The position numbers and the translations under genes were made by a program. The notes beneath the pieces were generated by a model. It saw only the letters and a program-made list of their open reading frames with translations. It was not told the DNA's origin and searched no databases. DNA of 64,000 nt. Source: Macrostomum hystrix (taxonomy: Eukaryota; Animalia; Platyhelminthes). Shown piece after piece: positions 49,201-58,810 of the stretch. The stretch spans positions 2,666,001 to 2,730,000 of the forward strand of contig CATNEN010000024.1 in assembly GCA_950097015.1 (NCBI GenBank), written 5' to 3'. Within the stretch, counting starts at the first letter, position 1; each line of letters opens with the position of its first letter.

Positions 49201-52200
49201 AAGACGCCGAGCTAAGGCTCTCCAGAGGAAGCTGAAAACCTCGCACGACCCTGATGACAAAGAGGCCTATACTCGCGCCATCCACGAGTTTAAGGGCCGG
49301 GTCAGAAGGGCAAAAGCGGACAAGTGGCGACAATACTGCGAAGGGCTTGAGGGCTCGCGGCCCACGGCCCGCGTGGTAAAGGCGCTCACCAACGACCGCT
49401 TCTCCAAGCTCTCATCGATTAAAAAGCCGGACGGCTCGATCACTGAGCGCCCGGAGGAAACGCTCGAGCTTATGCTAGGGCATTTCTTCCCGAGTGTACC
49501 GGCGCACTTCGGCCCAGACGACCACTCGCGTGGAGGTCAGGGCCTGGCTCAGTCACTCGTTACGAATGACCGCATCGTTCGCGCGGCTAAGTCATTCAAT
49601 CCTTTTAAAGCACCTGGGCCAGATGGTATATATCCGGCCTTTCTGCATGAAGCGGTTAAAAATGGCCGCTTCCTCCATCTCCTCTGCAGACTTCTACGGG
49701 CCTGCATCGTGCTGGGCTACGTACCAGCGCGGTGGCATGAAGCCCGGGTCGTCTTCATCCCGAAGCCCGCCAAAGGCGACTATCGCTCGGTCAAGTCTTA
49801 TCGCCCGATAAGCTTGACTTCCACCTGCCTCAAGCTCATGGAAAGACTGGTGCTCTGGCGCCTTCTTACTGTAGAGCTAGGGCGGGCCCCGCTCTCACCA
49901 AACCAGCACGCCTTTCGGGCGGGCCGGTCCACGGAGAGCGCCCTCCACTGCATTGTGGAGACTCTCGAGAAGGCAGTGCTGGGCAGCGGTTTTGCCCTGG
50001 CTGTTTTCCTTGATATTGAGGGGGCCTTCGATAACGTTATTTTCGAAGCCTTTGAGAAGGCCCTGGTTTCCAGGGCCACTCACCCCCACCTCGTCCGTTG
50101 GGTCATGTACATGATCCGGAATCGCCACGTGGTGGCCCACCTCGAAGGCAGGGTGCTCTCGGCACCTGTCCTAAAAGGAGGGCCCCAAGGTGGCGTCCTC
50201 ACCCCACTGCTGTGGAATCTCGTCATGGATGAGCTGCTAAAAAGCACTCGGCCTGACCCAGTCCTGAAGGTGGGATATGCCGACGATGTGACCGCCATCT
50301 GCGCGGGCCCCTCGGCGGAAACCACCAGGGACCTCATTCAGGGCTTTATCAACAGGGCGGTGCGCTGGGCGGACCAATGCGGGCTCCGACTCTCTGAGTC
50401 CAAGACCGTTGCGGTTATGTTTACCAGCAGGCTGCGCTGGACCATTGAGCCTCTGACTCTCTATGGCAAGAATATTGCCATGGAAAAGCAGGTCCGGTGC
50501 CTTGGTATCCTGCTAGACCATAGGCTTAACTGGACCCCGCACATTACCACAAAGGCCAAGAGGGCCCTGGCCATTCTGGCGCAAGTCAGGCGAGCCGTGG
50601 GCACCACTTGGGGGCTAACCCCCAAAAACCTTTGGTGGATTTACACGGCGATCATTAGACCGTCAGTCGCTTACGCTGGCCTCATCTGGGCCAGTGCCAT
50701 GAGCATCCAGAAAAAACCTGGAGGCGCTTTATAGGGTGCAGGGCAGAGCCTGTCGCATGACGCTGGGCGCCCCACCCTCCACTCCCTTTGAAGGCATGAA
50801 CGCTTTCCTCAACGCTACACCCATTGACATTTTTGTTAAGGGGGAAGCGGCAAAGTCCACCCGTCGTCTCCTTGATGCGGGTGTATCCTTCCAGAATTCG
50901 CGAGCCTTCTCGAAGCGCTCCCTTCTGCCCCACTCTGACCTCTGCCTGAAAACTCTGGGCGAGTGCGGAGGGCTCACCATCCTTTCGGACGGGGCCCCGG
51001 CCACTTTACTCCGGAGCCACAGGTACAAAGTCAGCATCTTCCCTCGTAATGAGGTAAAGGACTGCTGGGATGACCCCGCAGTCCACTGTTACACTGACGG
51101 CTCCCTGATGAACGGTAAATCGGGATTCGGGGTGTGCGTCGCCTCGGGTGGCGAGGTCCTCTGGACCCACTCCCAACACTGTGGCAAGAGCTCAAGCGTT
51201 TTCCAAAACGAAATGCTCGCCATCAGCTTCTGTGCGGCTGAGCTGCGCCAGAGGCAGCTGGCTGGTCGGAGGATCTTTTTTCACTCCGACAGTCAAGCAG
51301 CCCTCAAGGCCCTCAGTCGCTGCACCTCTCGCTCCAGAACCACCTTGGACTGCAACACCCAGTTAAACGGTTTGGCGCAGTCTAACAAGGTGGAGCTGAT
51401 GTGGATCCCTGGGCACGCCGGGCTCACAGGGAATGAGATGGCGGACGAGCTTGCAAAGGCTGGAGCAGCCAGCTCCCTGATGGGCCCGGGCCCGGAATCC
51501 CCGATCCCCGCCTCCGTTGTCAACTCCAGCATCAACCACTGGATGGAGACCCAGCACCGGAGGAGGTGGTCCAGCACCCTGAACTGTCGCCAGTCCAGGG
51601 CTGCGGTGCCAACCCCCTCTAGTAACCTGCGTAAGGCCTTACTCAGGCTAAACCGCAGAGACCTGAGAGCAGTCACCATGGCCCTTTCGGGACATGGCTG
51701 CTTCACCAGACACCGCTACCTCCAAGGCCACGTGCCTGAGGAAACGTGTCCTTTCTGCTGCTCCGGCCGTGAAAACGCCGAGCATTTCATCTGCCACTGC
51801 CCGGCCTTCACCCGGGCTAGGCTAAAACACCTCGGGCCGGCACCGACTCTTGCCGAAGCCTGCTCGCCCGAGAACATCCCTCAGCTCGCCCACTTCCTCC
51901 GGGATACCGGCCGAGCTGATTTCTTCCCAGCCTATGGCGAGGAAGATCGCGCGGCGGAACCGACCGACGGACCACCCTGAGCGGCACCGCCTCGCTGGAG
52001 GCCGTCTGGCTGCCAGGGGTTAGCGATATGGGCGGCAACAGCCGCCTCCTCGCTGCGTCCGTCATGGAGGCCCCCTGCCGCTAAGTCAAGTAAGTCAAGA
52101 AGGCAGAGTGAAGGGAGAGTGAAGGCAGAGTGAAGTCAGAGTGAAGGCAGAGTGAAGGGAGAGTGAAGGCAGAGTGAAGCGAGAGTGAATGCTACTATAC

Positions 52201-52311
52201 CTCCAAAACCGTTGCCGGGCGCATGGCCCCCTCAAGGTGACAGTGCAGCTCCACCCTGTGAAGCGTCTTCTTTATGTCATCGTCGTCATCTTCAGCGAAA
52301 CCGTTTGACAT
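43213..52311 (-). CDS. ADA: Adenosine deaminase, 3 coding exons, 354 aa
   Basis: Exons 52311-52201, 45091-44737 and 43811-43213; phases 0 and 1; 1065 nt. Motifs: [55 protein letters not shown]. All Zn and catalytic residues appear present. Confidence 0.95.
43895..44190 (-). mobile_element. tRNA-derived SINE family C, ADA intron 2
   Basis: Reverse-complement homolog of 29320-29650, with a (TATAA)n-like tail at about 43890-43930. Confidence 0.75.
44196..44500 (+). mobile_element. tRNA-derived CORE-like SINE family A, ADA intron 2
   Basis: TAGCGTGGTTAGAGCGTCGGACTC head; GTGTCCTTTAGCAAGACGCTTAACTCTGCATTGCTTCAGTTAACCCAGCTGTTAAATG resembles the MIR CORE. Confidence 0.8.
44510..44655 (-). mobile_element. 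tRNA-derived SINE family B fragment
   Basis: Reverse strand TAGCTCAGTG...AGGTCGGGAGTTCGAATCTTAGCC...AAGACACT; homologous to 62095-62170. Confidence 0.65.
45160..46046. repeat. 11-bp satellite, ADA intron 1 (left part)
   Basis: Unit GAAGG(C/G)AGAGT, about 80 copies; resumes at 52099-52190 after the LINE. Confidence 0.97.
46715..48262 (+). CDS. LINE ORF1 (gag-like nucleic-acid chaperone; no CCHC knuckle visible)
   Basis: Open frame 46703-48262 with the first ATG at 46715. Low-complexity basic/Ala-Pro termini surround a globular core (TYAAIARR...RHRIFVP...CIGLWKTK). Its position upstream of pol supports the ORF1 call. Confidence 0.8.
   Translation: MASSPSTAPAEDTMVPEAIHAAAPGLAGPATATNAALPNSRDDRGAKRSTTSGAAKRRRRMLAHGTSAPLTKDQAQARGAEGALPRAGAGAGGLVPPAQAPARGGAHDAPRPGSRAKEGPAPIRTAARPEGEAEAEGPVPTADADPEGGDATGQGPGPQATYAAIARRQPAVIITGRDGKRLSSEQLSDICRNIDAMLWQLQLKGEPLAVGASATRESCFVVWPGDAESGRRLLELLPTQSWAAGLEFLRENEPPKTKRHRIFVPAKSVVTSAEDLRRGLIAMNRELPTAGLIVHRTILRPDGTGFTAILGLSEQWTRRYPDGANICIGLWKTKIFAFEADKTRGQTGPTTVPANEGSSDPKAGTGGRAQSSRQKRPERAIAGSSERRPARVTKRRGLLQRASEVVRTAKMAQLRAEMRGGPPGQAPQPRATGEASEVPSSIEQGPSSAPPTAQGAVSAPVEGDSGPGLGAGGGDWAADAVEFPSPARGLGTEEPMATDIDPEEEDRLLAGSPSK
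48275..51980 (+). CDS. LINE ORF2: APE endonuclease, reverse transcriptase, RNase H, CCHC; split by a +1 A frameshift at 50711-50716
   Basis: APE motifs: QVNTQH, LVQEPW, GDVNSHH, SDH. RT motifs: [37 protein letters not shown]. RNase H motifs: [29 protein letters not shown]. The C-terminus has C-X2-C-X8-H-X4-C. Removing one A fuses the two ORFs into about 1234 aa ([16 protein letters not shown]). Confidence 0.92.
52099..52190. repeat. 11-bp satellite, ADA intron 1 (right remnant)
   Basis: Same GAAGG(C/G)AGAGT unit as 45160-46046. Confidence 0.9.
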
Positions 52312-52739
52312 GGTTCTATTATAAAACTCAAGCTGCTCCTTAACAGCGCCAATAAAAAAGAGAGAGCAGCTTCGCCGGCTCTGCCTCTCCCACCGAGATA
52401 GGTACTCGTATATGAAGACGTCTCTCAGGAGAGAGTGCGCCCACCCACCCCATGCACTCCTTCACACGCCCATATCTTTGCAGTGCTGGAGCCGGCTAGA
52501 TCTAGCCAGTCAAAATCTGCTTTTATCGCGGCAGCATCAGCAGCAGTAGTGTACATTTTTTGCTGTTACCCTTCTCTGCGCCACACGGCTGGGTACGAAG
52601 GGCAGCCAATAGTGCTGTGCGACATTGAAATTCGATATGATAAAGCAGCGGGATAGTAGTCAAGGAAGAAAATACTTTACTAACCACCCGTTGAAAGCTG
52701 CAGCTGCCACACGGTCATCAGAAAAAGCAATAATATTGA

Positions 52740-53900
52740 TCTGAGAGAGTGGTGGACGGAGTGGGGGATTGATTGATCTGATCGAGTGGGGGATTGATTG
52801 ATATGATCGAGTGGGGGATTGATTGATATGATCGAGTGGGGGATTGATTGATATGATCGAGTGGGGGATTGATTGATCTGATCGAGTGGGGGATTGATTG
52901 ATATGATCGAGTGGGGGATTGATTGATATGATCGAGTGGGGGATTGATTGATCTGATCGAGTGGGGGATTGATTGATATGATCGAGTGGGGGATTGATTG
53001 ATATGATCGAGTGGGGGATTGATTGATATGATCGAGTGGGGGATTGATTGATATGATCGAGTGGGGGATTGATTGATCTGATCGAGTGGGGGATTGATTG
53101 ATCTGATCGAGTGGGGGATTGATTGATATGATCGAGTGGGGGATTGATTGATCTGATCGAGTGGGGGATTGATTGATTTGATCGAGTGGGGGATCGATTG
53201 ATCTTATCGAGTGTGAGATTGATTGATCTGATCGAGTGGGGGATCGATTGATCTGATCGAGTGGGGGATTGATTGATATGATCGAGTGGGGGATTGATTG
53301 ATATGATCGAGTGGGGGATTGATTGATATGATCGAGTGGGGGATTGATTGATCTGATCGAGTGGGGGATTGATTGATATGATCGAGTGGGGGATTGATTG
53401 ATCTGATCGAGTGGGGGATTGATTGATCTGATCGAGTGGGGGATTGATTGATATGATCGAGTGGGGGATTGATTGATCTGATCGAGTGGGGGATTGATTG
53501 ATTTGATCGAGTGGGGGATCGATTGATCTTATCGAGTGTGAGATTGATTGATCTGATCGAGTGGGGGATCGATTGATCTGATCGAGTGGGGGATTGATTG
53601 ATATGATCGAGTGGGGGATTGATTGATCTGATGGAGTGGGGTTGGATTTATTTGATGGAGTAGTTTATTGATTGATCTGATTGGTTGATTGATCTGATGG
53701 GTTGATTGATCTGATGGGTTGATTGATCTGATGGGTTGATTGATCTGATGGGTTGATTGATCTGATGAATTGGTTGATCTGATGGGTTGATTGATCTGAT
53801 GAATTGGTTGATCTGATGAATTGATTGATCTGATGAATTGATTGATCTGATGGATTGATCGATCTGATGGACCAGTGGATTGATTGATTGATGGATTGAT
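52740..53900. repeat. 25-bp minisatellite grading into a 17-bp derivative
   Basis: GATCGAGTGGGGGATTGATTGAT(A/C)T to about 53640, then TTGATTGATCTGATGGG. Confidence 0.95.
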
Positions 53901-54431
53901 CTGACGATCTGATTACAGTTGCCAAAAATAGCGAAAAATACTTTTAATGCAACATCCTAAGTTTTCTAGTGTTGACTGAATTTCAATGAAATTGACGTGC
54001 TATGTAACATATATTTTCTTGGATACTACTTAATATCAGTAGTATTACACGGCCTAAAAATCGACAAGTTCAGATTCAGACATACTTGCCAAAGCACTAA
54101 GCAGCACCAGTATAAAAAAGAAAAAAAATTTGTACGTCCTGACTTAGGAATACCAGAAATATATGTAAGTAGAGCTAATCAAAGCAGACTTAAAGCTTTT
54201 ATAAAAACCGCAATTATTAAGAAAAGTGAAACTTTGAGAAAAAAAGCATATAGATCGGAAATATCTTAAAATGAAATCAAAATAACTATTTACTTCGAAC
54301 ACTAAGATATAACGGTCTATCGAGGGGTTAGGGTCCGATTTTCTTTGAGTCCTAGTTGAGCTCACTTGTATTGTAAGGCCCCATGATACGCCGCGTTTTT
54401 TTCGTAAACAACTCAACGTCTAGCAATTGTG

Positions 54432-55078
54432 TCAACCACTTTCGCAAATGGCTCCATCGGCCGATACAAAATCCAAGCAGACCGAATTGATGCAGTAGCG
54501 CTCTCCAGTTGGCTGCGGGCCGTCCTGGAACACGTGACCCAGGTGAGCACCGCAGGCCCGGCACAGTACTTCGACGCGCGGCCGGCCGGGGATGCTGTCA
54601 TCCGGTTGGCGGACTATTTTAATGTCGGCTTCGTCGGCTTTGAAAAAGGCTGGCCAACCACAGCCGGAGTTGTACTTGTACTCCGAACTGACAACAATCA
54701 TTAGGGGGTGTTAAGTACAGACTGTACAGTTGGAGTTAGGTTAGAGAGATCCAGCCAATCGTACGAGTGTGGGGTTAGAGAGATCTAGCCAATCGTAAGA
54801 CATGCTGGGGTTAGAGAGATTCTGCCAATCATAACACAGGGGAGCCAATCATAAATGAAATAGTTTTACAGAAACGTTTTAAAATAACAAGAAGCTAACC
54901 TAAATAGAGGCGTCTTGCAGCAAACACACGAATATGTGCCATCCTTAAAGACTTTGTCAAACTTTCCAGAAAATGCAGGCTCAGTTCCTTTTTCTCGAGT
55001 GATGTGGTACTGCTCGGGTGTTAGCACCTGCTTCCATTCGCTCTCTGACTTAGAGTGAGTCTCACCAGATTCAGCCAT
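54432..55078 (-). CDS. MSRB: Methionine-R-sulfoxide reductase B (Cys type, Zn binding), 2 exons, 144 aa
   Basis: Exons 55078-54900 and 54687-54432 with a phase-2 intron. Motifs: [19 protein letters not shown] and CRAC Zn pairs, [24 protein letters not shown]. Confidence 0.95.
54735..54850. repeat. About 3 copies of the 36-bp CCAAT-containing repeat, MsrB intron
   Basis: GGGGTTAGAGAGATC(C/T)AGCCAATCGTA; same family as 59495-60275. Confidence 0.8.
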
Positions 55079-56772
55079 TGAACTGAATTTAGCTGAAATT
55101 TGAAAGAATATAAGAAAAATATTCTTTTGCTGATTGGCTTCTCAATATAGAATAAAAAAATAGTTTTAACTTCAACTTTATCTGCGATCATCAGTTGCAA
55201 TTAGCATACACCCAATCATTAATCTAGTTAACTATACTAGCTATAATTTGTGATTTCTAGCTTAGAAGTTGACACAGTTTCTTTTAGATTTCCTAATACT
55301 TAGAAAATTACATACTTATCTTTTAGTATTACTGCTATTACCTAATTGTTGTACAAAATATCTAGATATCTTCAAATTGGAGTGAGCATTTTAAATCTAG
55401 CTAGTCAAATTTACTAGCATAGCTAGCTGTAACTGTTAGTACACTAAGCAATTATATATAAACTTTGGTCAATGAGAACAATGCAGCCATTTCTGATACA
55501 AAGACCGAGCCTTTCATAGCAATCAATCCTTAAACTGGATTTCTTTTTAGAGACAATTTTAATTGATTGATAAGCTAGAAGATCATTTGAATATACATAA
55601 AGCTACAGCCTCTTTGATTTTATATTACAAGTGTAAGAAAACAGTGTTATAAAATATGTTTATAAATGTAACTTCCAACTAAAAATAAACACATGGACAT
55701 AATATTAATAAGATGTGTCATCGTTCTAAATTAACAGCCAGCCAATTAAACTTTTATGTATCCCGAAATCACAAAACAATGTCAAAGCGACCAACAAAAG
55801 TGAAACTGAGATGACTTGTAACATATGCAACCTAAATTTTATTATATAAGATATGATTATTGATTACTAGCTCCTTTGAGGAAATGTAGCTATCTTGAAA
55901 AAAAACTGCAAACATTGACAAATCGACAAGCGATTATTAAGGCTAGGCACTAAGCCGACTACTCGGCTACCGGCGGCATTTACATTATTTGCGAATTATA
56001 AAGAGAATATTGTACTAGCGAATTATAATTTCAAGTAGTGTTCTTCGTTCAGCTGGCATGGCACCTAGACACTAGGCCTATATGCATAGGACCACATTGA
56101 GAGACAGAAAATTGAAACAAAGAGACTAGGCTAAATTAAGCATTAACCACGAAAGTTCCAAGAATCTTGCATTTTCGAATCAGTAGCGTGATGCAACTCT
56201 CTGTAGTTAGACAAAGAGGCAATTCGTGATAAATTATTGTTAGGCATGCAAATAAAATAATGCTTAATTCTATTATTGTAAATTTATACGTAATTTTTAA
56301 GCCTCAGCGTATTCGTTTTCTTGTAAACGGAACTTGTTTTATGTGTTTAAATCACATTTCTTACAATCGGATTATTATAATTTTGTTCCTGATGTTTCGG
56401 CCCAACTAAAAATGAAAATAAAAAAGTTTTTAACTGACTGAGTTTACCGGTTTTGTGTTAATAAAAACATTGTTTCTATAATCTGACTCGACTAGGACTA
56501 GACCAAGCACTATTGAGTCTTGACAATTTAACCTTCAAAGAAAGACAAGTGTATTTTATGCTTATGCACTGTCTTGGTCTTGGTCTTGGTTAAAAAAAAA
56601 GAAAAAAATCACTAGACATTACCTTGTTTTCAAAATTCAACTTATTCCCTATATAAACTAAGATGTGGGTAGGCCTAGGCCAATTAAACCACAATATTTA
56701 ATCTTTGTCATAGAGCTGTCATGTCATAGAGCTGATTGAGCTTGTCTTGATTATATTATCTAGGCCTAGTTT

Positions 56773-57212
56773 GGTCCCAGGTCATTTCGGTGACAGAATT
56801 GGTCAGTTCGGTGACAACTATTTTTGCACCTACATATGCTAAGAAAACAGCCTTCCATGATCCAGCAGCTGCTTAAAGCCTGCACTCGCCTTGTCAATCC
56901 AAAACTGGAAAAAGATTATTATTCACATTTAATTAGGAACGAATAACTATTGAAACTATTGACTAGGCCTACTCATTAAATAATTTAATAATTTAACTCA
57001 TTTAAAGTAAAACCCAGACTTTAACATAGCGATGCAGCTTCTTATTAATACTTTTAGCATTATTTAATTGATATTTTATATGTGTGCATGGTTAAAATGG
57101 AAGGCTGTTTTTTAGCATGTTTAGGTGCAAAAATAGTTGTCACCAATCTGACCAATTGTGTCACCGAAATGACTGTCACCGAAATGTCTTGTCACTGAAA
57201 TGACCTGGGACC
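56773..57212. mobile_element. MITE, 440 bp, GG..CC termini, 8-bp TSD CCTAGTTT
   Basis: TIR GGTCCCAGGTCATTTC(G/A)GTGACA, plus about 90 bp of further inverted similarity. CCTAGTTT occurs at 56765-56772 and 57213-57220. Confidence 0.88.
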
Positions 57213-57672
57213 CCTAGTTTTATAATATATGAATTATGATGACATGTATTTTACTAATAGTATGAGATGCATTGATTGTGGATAGGGGAAATTCTTACTG
57301 TCTGAAATTGATACCAATTTTAGCCTAGGCCTACCAACCTTTTTGGCCCTTTCTTTGAGGAATAGGCTTACAACAATATATTTCATACTGCATTAATAGC
57401 TTATTTTACTTAAAAATATTTTTAATTACTATTAATAGGATTCCATGTATTTCAGTACTAGTACTAGTCAGTGATTTAAGTACGTAGCCTATCCTGGGGT
57501 GGTCCTGGGTAGGTGAGTACTTTTTGGTACTGTGGTTAATATTTGGTTACATTGAATAATTTTACCATTTGCAGAATTAAAATCTTAAATTTTCTTAGTT
57601 AGCATTTCAATGTAAAAATTTTACATGTTGTGTAGTATTGTATCATTTTTAACAGCTCTTACCTTAATGGCC

Positions 57673-58094
57673 GGTACCTGGACACTTCGTCATCTTACAA
57701 CTTCGTCATCCAGATGACGATCTGTCCAATATCTCAGAGGGTGGATAACAAAGAGACTTAGACTTGTGGACACTTCGTCATCTATAAAACAAAAGTTTTC
57801 AAAGTTAGAACAGAACCACCCCTCCCCACCTCAAATAGTGTTGGCACCTTTCTTTCAACTCTTATAATGAAATCAGTTTTGACACCTCTTTTTGGCATTT
57901 GAGATGTGAAGTGTGTTCACACCTCTGCCCCACCACCCCACCCTCACTTTATTGATGACAAACTTAATTGCTTATTTGTTATTAGTAGATGACAAATTGA
58001 CCAAACTTTAAAGCATGCCAATTGGCTGGATGACAAAGTGTCCTACCTTCCAAGTGGATGACAAAGTTGTAAGATGACGAAGTGTCTAGGATCC
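57673..58094. mobile_element. MITE, 422 bp, GG..CC termini, 8-bp TSD T(A/T)ATGGCC
   Basis: TIRs GGTACCTGGACACTTCGTCATCTTACAACTTCGTCATCCA and TGGATGACAAAGTTGTAAGATGACGAAGTGTCTAGGATCC. TAATGGCC at 57665-57672 and TTATGGCC at 58095-58102. Confidence 0.85.
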
Positions 58095-58810
58095 TTATGG
58101 CCTAGTTGTAGCAAATTCCATAATGTTTTGTTGTTACTGTCAATATACAGTTAATTCAATATATTTATACATTATATATATGTTTTTCTGTGTCCTAGCC
58201 CTAAGGCCTAAGTAACATAATGCTTGACTTGTCATTTGATTTACTAAAAACATATATGCCTACCAAATACAAAGTAGCTACTAAATTCAAACTGTTACAT
58301 TGCTGATTATCTGTTCTACTGGTTGTAAAAGTTGCCTAAGTTTGTATGCAAACCTCTTTCTTTAATCTAATATACAATTTTTTTAAATATAAATACCTGG
58401 TAGTTTAAGCTTGAAAACATAAAAATGTATATTACAGTATATCTTAGCCATCACAAATATAGATAATACATTTCTGGCAATTGTGGGTTAATCTTGAGTC
58501 AGGGTTTAAGCTTATTGTAGCTACCTTTTGTAATAGAATTAGCTGATCTACCTTTATAGGCATAGCTAGTTAAAAAAAGAATTTTGTCACAATGGAATGC
58601 TTGGTCTAGAGTTTTTTGGACCATTTTGACAATTCAAAACTTAGGTGATATAAAAACTATCCATCAATTTTTTAATCGATTTTTTTATCGCCCTATCCTA
58701 AGAGAAAAAGTGAACTGAGTATACTTTAACGTTAAGGCCTTTAGCCAAAATTGTGTTTGTGTTAGCCTCTATTTCTTCTATCTTCCATTTCAAACAAATT
58801 TCAAGGATCA

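Larger units (their letters stand above)
46047..52098 (+). mobile_element. Full-length non-LTR retrotransposon, LOA/R1-group (I superclade), 6052 bp
   Basis: GAAGGCAG is duplicated at 46039-46046 and 52099-52106. About 670-nt 5' UTR, ORF1, then ORF2 with APE, RT, RNase H and CCHC. The 3' end is a short tandem TAAGTCAAG-TAAGTCAA. No LTRs. Confidence 0.93.

Noticed and set aside
46681-51706. Numerous antisense and alternate-frame ORFs over the LINE and over GC-rich exons
   Set aside because: They are expected shadows of GC-rich coding sequence and show no recognisable motifs.
52040-52090. HDV-ribozyme-like words in the LINE 3' UTR (UCCUCGC at 52047-52053 and GCUAAG)
   Set aside because: P3 and P1 need non-canonical lengths or bulges, no P2 partner exists downstream, a strong competing hairpin is present, and a 3' location does not fit the known role.
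52311-54432. MsrB-ADA as a polycistronic operon
   Set aside because: They are on the same strand and 2.1 kb apart, but over half the gap is satellite and no sequence feature distinguishes an operon from independent genes. It needs transcript data.
54425-54440. MsrB terminal TGA as possible selenocysteine
   Set aside because: The catalytic position is Cys (RYCINS), the TGA lies at the natural C-terminus, and I could not identify a SECIS.
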